Source of the DNA: Chrysomallon squamiferum
Taxonomy: Eukaryota > Animalia > Mollusca
Length of the DNA stretch: 64,000 bases
Reading direction: 5' to 3'
Assembly (NCBI GenBank): GCA_012295275.1
Contig: CM022669.1
Coordinates: 2,852,001-2,916,000, forward strand
Shown: piece by piece, positions 31,533 through 64,000 of the stretch
How positions within the stretch are numbered: position 1 is the first letter of the stretch
Layout: the number at the start of each line of letters is the position of its first letter
Translations under genes and position numbers: made by a program
Notes under the pieces: generated by a model
Told to the model about the DNA's origin: nothing
Database searches by the model: none
The model's input: the letters and a program-made list of their open reading frames with translations, nothing else

Positions 31533-32479
31533 GTATAATAGTGATAGTAGTAATGGTAATAGTAGAAATAGTAGTAGTAGAATAGTAATAGAGGAACAAA
31601 GGCGGGAATAGTAAAAAGAACAACAATAATAAAACAAACAAAATAAATAAAGAAATAAAGAAATAAATAAATAAAACCAAACAATACAAAGATCAATATA
31701 ATAAAACAATTTTCAAAACGAACTTTCAAAATGTTATTTATTTACTTACATGATTATTTCAATTATCACAAAACAGTTTTCGAAAAAGTACTTTAAAATA
31801 ATGTTAATATGTTACATAATTTCAAATAAGTTGTAATAATGAAACTTTCACATTACTATAAGTAAGGAAATAGTCTCAAGGTAATCTAATAAAACAATAC
31901 TAATTAGATTCACGATTACATTAATCTGTTGTACTGTTGTATGTTTAATCTACCATTCTTATAGTTACTGTCTTCACTGCAAAAACATGCTACGTTTTGT
32001 ATCAAAATATATAAACGACACATAGCAAAATATGTATTTCAGAAAGTTGCGATTTATGGAACTGTATATAGTTTCAGAATATTGTACATTATTATCTTCA
32101 TTTCTTTGATAATTCTGAGTTTAGTCACATACAGACGCATATAGACTGAGCAGATATGCAAGAAGGCATGCACGCATGCATTCTAGCACACACACATACG
32201 CACACCCGGACTTACGCATAGAGAAGTACACAACATTACAACTCAGAACAGTGTTGCTTCTCAAAGGTTAACTCTAAATAAACTGTTATCTTTTTGAGCT
32301 TATCAAGAGCATTATTTATTAAAACAAATTATTTAAAAAAAAAATATTTTCCATAATTTTCCTACATTTATTTATTTATTTACTTATTTATTTATTTACA
32401 TTTTGGGGTGGGGAGGAAATGAATCTAAAAGTCAGAGATCAGAATAATTATAAATCCTGTTCTGTTTATCAAATGTTTG

Positions 32480-32600
32480 AAGTTTTGTTCCGGTTTCTTC
32501 TAGCACACAGACCATAAAATGATTTATCAAAGGCAGTTGTATATGCTGTCCTGTCTATGGGGTCGTACATATTAAAAACGTCTTTTTGCTAATTGATGAC
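32480..32600 (+). mobile_element. Degenerate SINE relic (best-preserved core in window)
   Basis: TCAAAGGCAGTTGTATATGCTGTCCTGTCTATGGGGTCGTACATATTAAAAACGTCTTTTTGCTAATTG. Confidence 0.55.
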
Positions 32601-33288
32601 ATTAGCTAATCGAATGACAGCATCGTTTTTCTTCTCTCGCGTCATCATTGTAAAAAAACAATTTTGTTAAGCATTGACTGATTGATTGATTCATTTTGTA
32701 TTTTCTTAATACTGATGTTTTTAATACAGACAATAACAAGAAAGAAATATGACTGATGTGTAGAAACACAAAATCATTAGAATTAAATTTGTTCAAAAAA
32801 TTATTTTTTATATTTTACTTTAACGTAATTAAAAATTGGCTTAATAATGTGTTAGGAATCAGATATGATACTTCTTAATGTACACGACAGTTTGTACATT
32901 TTAACGTACATATATGATAAAACTGTTTAGACTGTGACAAAGAAAATAGTTAATATATGTATGTATGTACATCCATGTACGTAAAAATGATTATATTATG
33001 ACATATATAGTTATATTTAAAACTTTGTGCTGAAAAGAACTTTAAACAAAACCTGTTTAATTACAAATCTGATATAGAAATGAAAAGCAATATCAACCTG
33101 GGTTATTTATGTACAGTGGGCTCATTCATCCTTTTTTTACTCTTCTAGCAGTATTTATTTACTCTCAGTCAATCATTCACTCGCATTTACATATATACAT
33201 TTGTACAGAACGTAAAAACACAAATAAATAATAAACAAATAAATCAGTTCACGAGTTTGACCTTCTGCATCTCTAGTGCCGCATAACG

Positions 33289-33344
<56 letters not shown>

Positions 33345-34356
33345 CAACACTTTCATGTTAAATTAATTTTGTAGTTAAATTCGCAGGAACTTCAAAGAGG
33401 ATCTGGGAGCAGGGATGGACCCAGCCCTCTTTTGTTTATTACAGACCGATGTTGTTTATGATGAAACTCGCATCATTTTGAAATGAAGCTTACACTACTG
33501 TGACACTGTTTCTGAAATGAAGGAACTGACCCTGTGATACCATGACCTGCTAGTTTTATTGTCATGTATTTTGTTCCTCTGAGTCACTGTCATCACAGAA
33601 CCACTGCTACAAATCCGCCATTAATACAACACACGTATGTTATTGTTATTCCTCTGAATTTGTGAAAGTATGTTGCACGTGTGAATTGCCACTGCACGTG
33701 AGTGACTAATGATAACCATCTGTGTTAACTGTTTTAAAGCACATCTGTCTTTTGCCAGCTCGGACTGAAAGAACTTATCTTTGACAATTACTGCATTAAA
33801 ACGATTTTATCACAATGTACATTCATTCGTTGCATGCGTTGCACGGTTCTGATTGGTAGGAACTGCAGCAGTAGATCTAGACACGATGTTAGGAATTAGA
33901 GATATTCCTACACACAGTTACTTGTTTGAGACCTATGCTCAGAGAGCATTTAGGGATCTTAAAAACACAGTTTAGCCTGGACAAACGTCTTATGGATCTT
34001 GGATTTCCCTGATTTAGTATTTGTCGTACTAAATGAGGGATTAGATTTTGTGAAAATATGATGATTAATTGCAAGTATTTTAAAGGTACAGATAATATAA
34101 GCTATATCTATCAAGACGATTATTTCCAGCCGCATTTTTTTAACGGTTGATCACAATTCACCACAGCTCGACCTAAGTATTCTATATGAATGTTAGAGTA
34201 AACGTCAGACGAGTCTGTGTACAGCCACATACGATCAAGTACTTTTTAACAGAATCTGCCGGTTCTGTTTAATGTAAGGTTTAGGATGTTTGTTACAAAG
34301 AATGGCGACCGAAACAACGTTGTTCCGCTCATTTGTGCTAGTTTAGAGTTTTGTCA

Positions 34357-62116
<27,760 letters not shown>

Positions 62117-62354
62117 GTTTGAACGATGTAATAAGTTACTTTCACGCGACAAGCCTAGAACACAACTGGGACGGCTATCTCACAGGTATGGGACAGGTCC
62201 ATTACGGCACTCCAAGAAAATTGGCAACACGCACTTTCTTAATCATCTCTAATCTGGTTGTTGTTTTCTTTTTTCCGTCTCAGTGCTCAGAAATCTTCAC
62301 ACATCGTATCCAGTGAACAACGTACAGCGACAGCGAAGTGCTCGACCACGTCCC

Positions 62355-62630
62355 CTGCTCGACTGACTCAAGTGTGGGGTCTGAGGAGAGCAGCCGCATG
62401 TCTGAAGTAAGGAAGAGCGTCGAGGAAAACGTGTTGAGCAAACTCGCCAAAGTATCGCTTTCCAAACCCGAGAGGATTCTTTATTGATTGGTCGAGCCGC
62501 TTCACTTTGTTGGTATTTATCTGTTTGGTTTCATATTATCGGAGCTGTTTCAAGAGTTTGGGAATTGCAAATTGGCTTCTGAGCTCTTCCTTCCCATGTC
62601 CTTAGGGGTGCGTGCGCCTCCACCAGGAAG
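62355..62630 (-). promoter_or_regulatory. Candidate distal promoter of gene B (Inr TCAGT 62366-62362, CCAAT 62491-62487, weak CTCF-like 62614-62627)
   Basis: CpG-richer unique island directly upstream of the distal first exon, with minus-strand Inr and CCAAT motifs. Confidence 0.45.
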
Positions 62631-62989
62631 AATGGACAAAATAAAACGTGACGTTTTGAGCACCAACACTCTAGTTGTAATTGTACGTCTGAGCCGGCCT
62701 GACAGAATGATCAATATGATTGAATGAACAAGTTTCTGGGGACCTTTATGATTCACATTTAATTTTAAATATTAAAGGCTTGATGCAATGGATCATAATT
62801 GATTACAACTGCACAAAGGGGTCTGACCGTACACTGCGGCTAATTGGAAATGCTTCGTTAAAAACTAAGCAAATAAAATTATAAAAGAGAAATAAATAAA
62901 TAAAAAATTTCAATTAGATGATATTATCAACGTTGATTGAACTTATAGTTCTGTTTTATTAGTTTGATTTTTTTGGATTTAGCTTTTGT

Positions 62990-63111
<122 letters not shown>

Positions 63112-63369
63112 GAGAATTCATATAATTATATATATATATCTGCCTCTTCTTCTGAATAAACCACATATAATAAAAAACTAAGAAATTGAATAAATAAACA
63201 AATAATTAATTAAATTAAAATTAAATTAAATAGTTAGATAGATAAATAAATAAATAAATACATTTTTAAAAAATCTACACAGGCTCGACAACCTAATAAT
63301 AAAGAAATAATCGGTTTTGACAAGAGCAGTTACCTAGGTCACAACCCTGTCTGTCAACAGTTAGGTCCG

Positions 63370-63406
<37 letters not shown>

Positions 63407-63913
63407 AGAAATTAAAAATTTAAAAATTTGCAAAATGATCATTAAAAGTTTATTGACAAACCATACTCTTTCCACGTCTCTGAGTTTAATAAAAGAAACT
63501 TTAAACAGTTTCGACGCAGCATAAACTAATTCATCTGTAAATCTTCATAATTCAGCTGAATTTAGCAATTACCGATATTCTATAAATAATTTATTAACTA
63601 ATTATTTTAAACCATTGGATAACGTGGTCGACTTTATCAAACTATAACATCTGCCTTAATAATTAAAATTTAATTTTATCGTATTAATTACAGTTAATAT
63701 CTATATAACGATCTTGTTTTGTATGAATGGTTAATACGTTAAATGAGTATCTGACTTAGAGATATTTATAACATAAGCCCGCTTTTAAATATAGTTAATA
63801 TCAAATTTAATCTTTTTAAATAATAATACTTCAAATTTCGAAAATCCTTGATGAAAGGACCAGTTTAGATAACTGATTAAAAAAATATATAATAAAAACT
63901 GAATAAAAAATTA

Positions 63914-63961
<48 letters not shown>

Positions 63962-64000
63962 TTATTTTTGATCCATTGCAGCATCAGATGATTCGAAATA

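Overview
Eukaryotic, AT-rich, microsatellite-dense animal genomic DNA. A mollusc (gastropod) origin is my guess from a recurring degenerate SINE. Nearly all long ORFs in the supplied track are simple-repeat artefacts. By splicing exons by hand I reconstruct two paralogous 8-coding-exon genes in tail-to-tail orientation. Each encodes a signal peptide, 3 Ig domains, a stalk and a GPI-anchor signal, and belongs to the DIP/lachesin/IgLON cell-recognition group. Gene A is on + (1514..17605, 418 aa) and gene B is on - (34357..62116, 427 aa). Intron positions and phases match, and four internal exons have identical sizes. The most notable observation is that gene B has two separate phase-1 signal-peptide first exons about 9.4 kb apart, each with its own promoter-like region. 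The distal one (62068-62116) is intact. The proximal one (52619-52662) is homologous to gene A exon 1 but carries an extra A in a homopolymer. CTCF-like motifs lie between the genes and around these promoters. The window also holds several minisatellites, SINE relics and local templated or inverted duplications. No rRNA, tRNA, CRISPR array or intact transposon ORF was seen.
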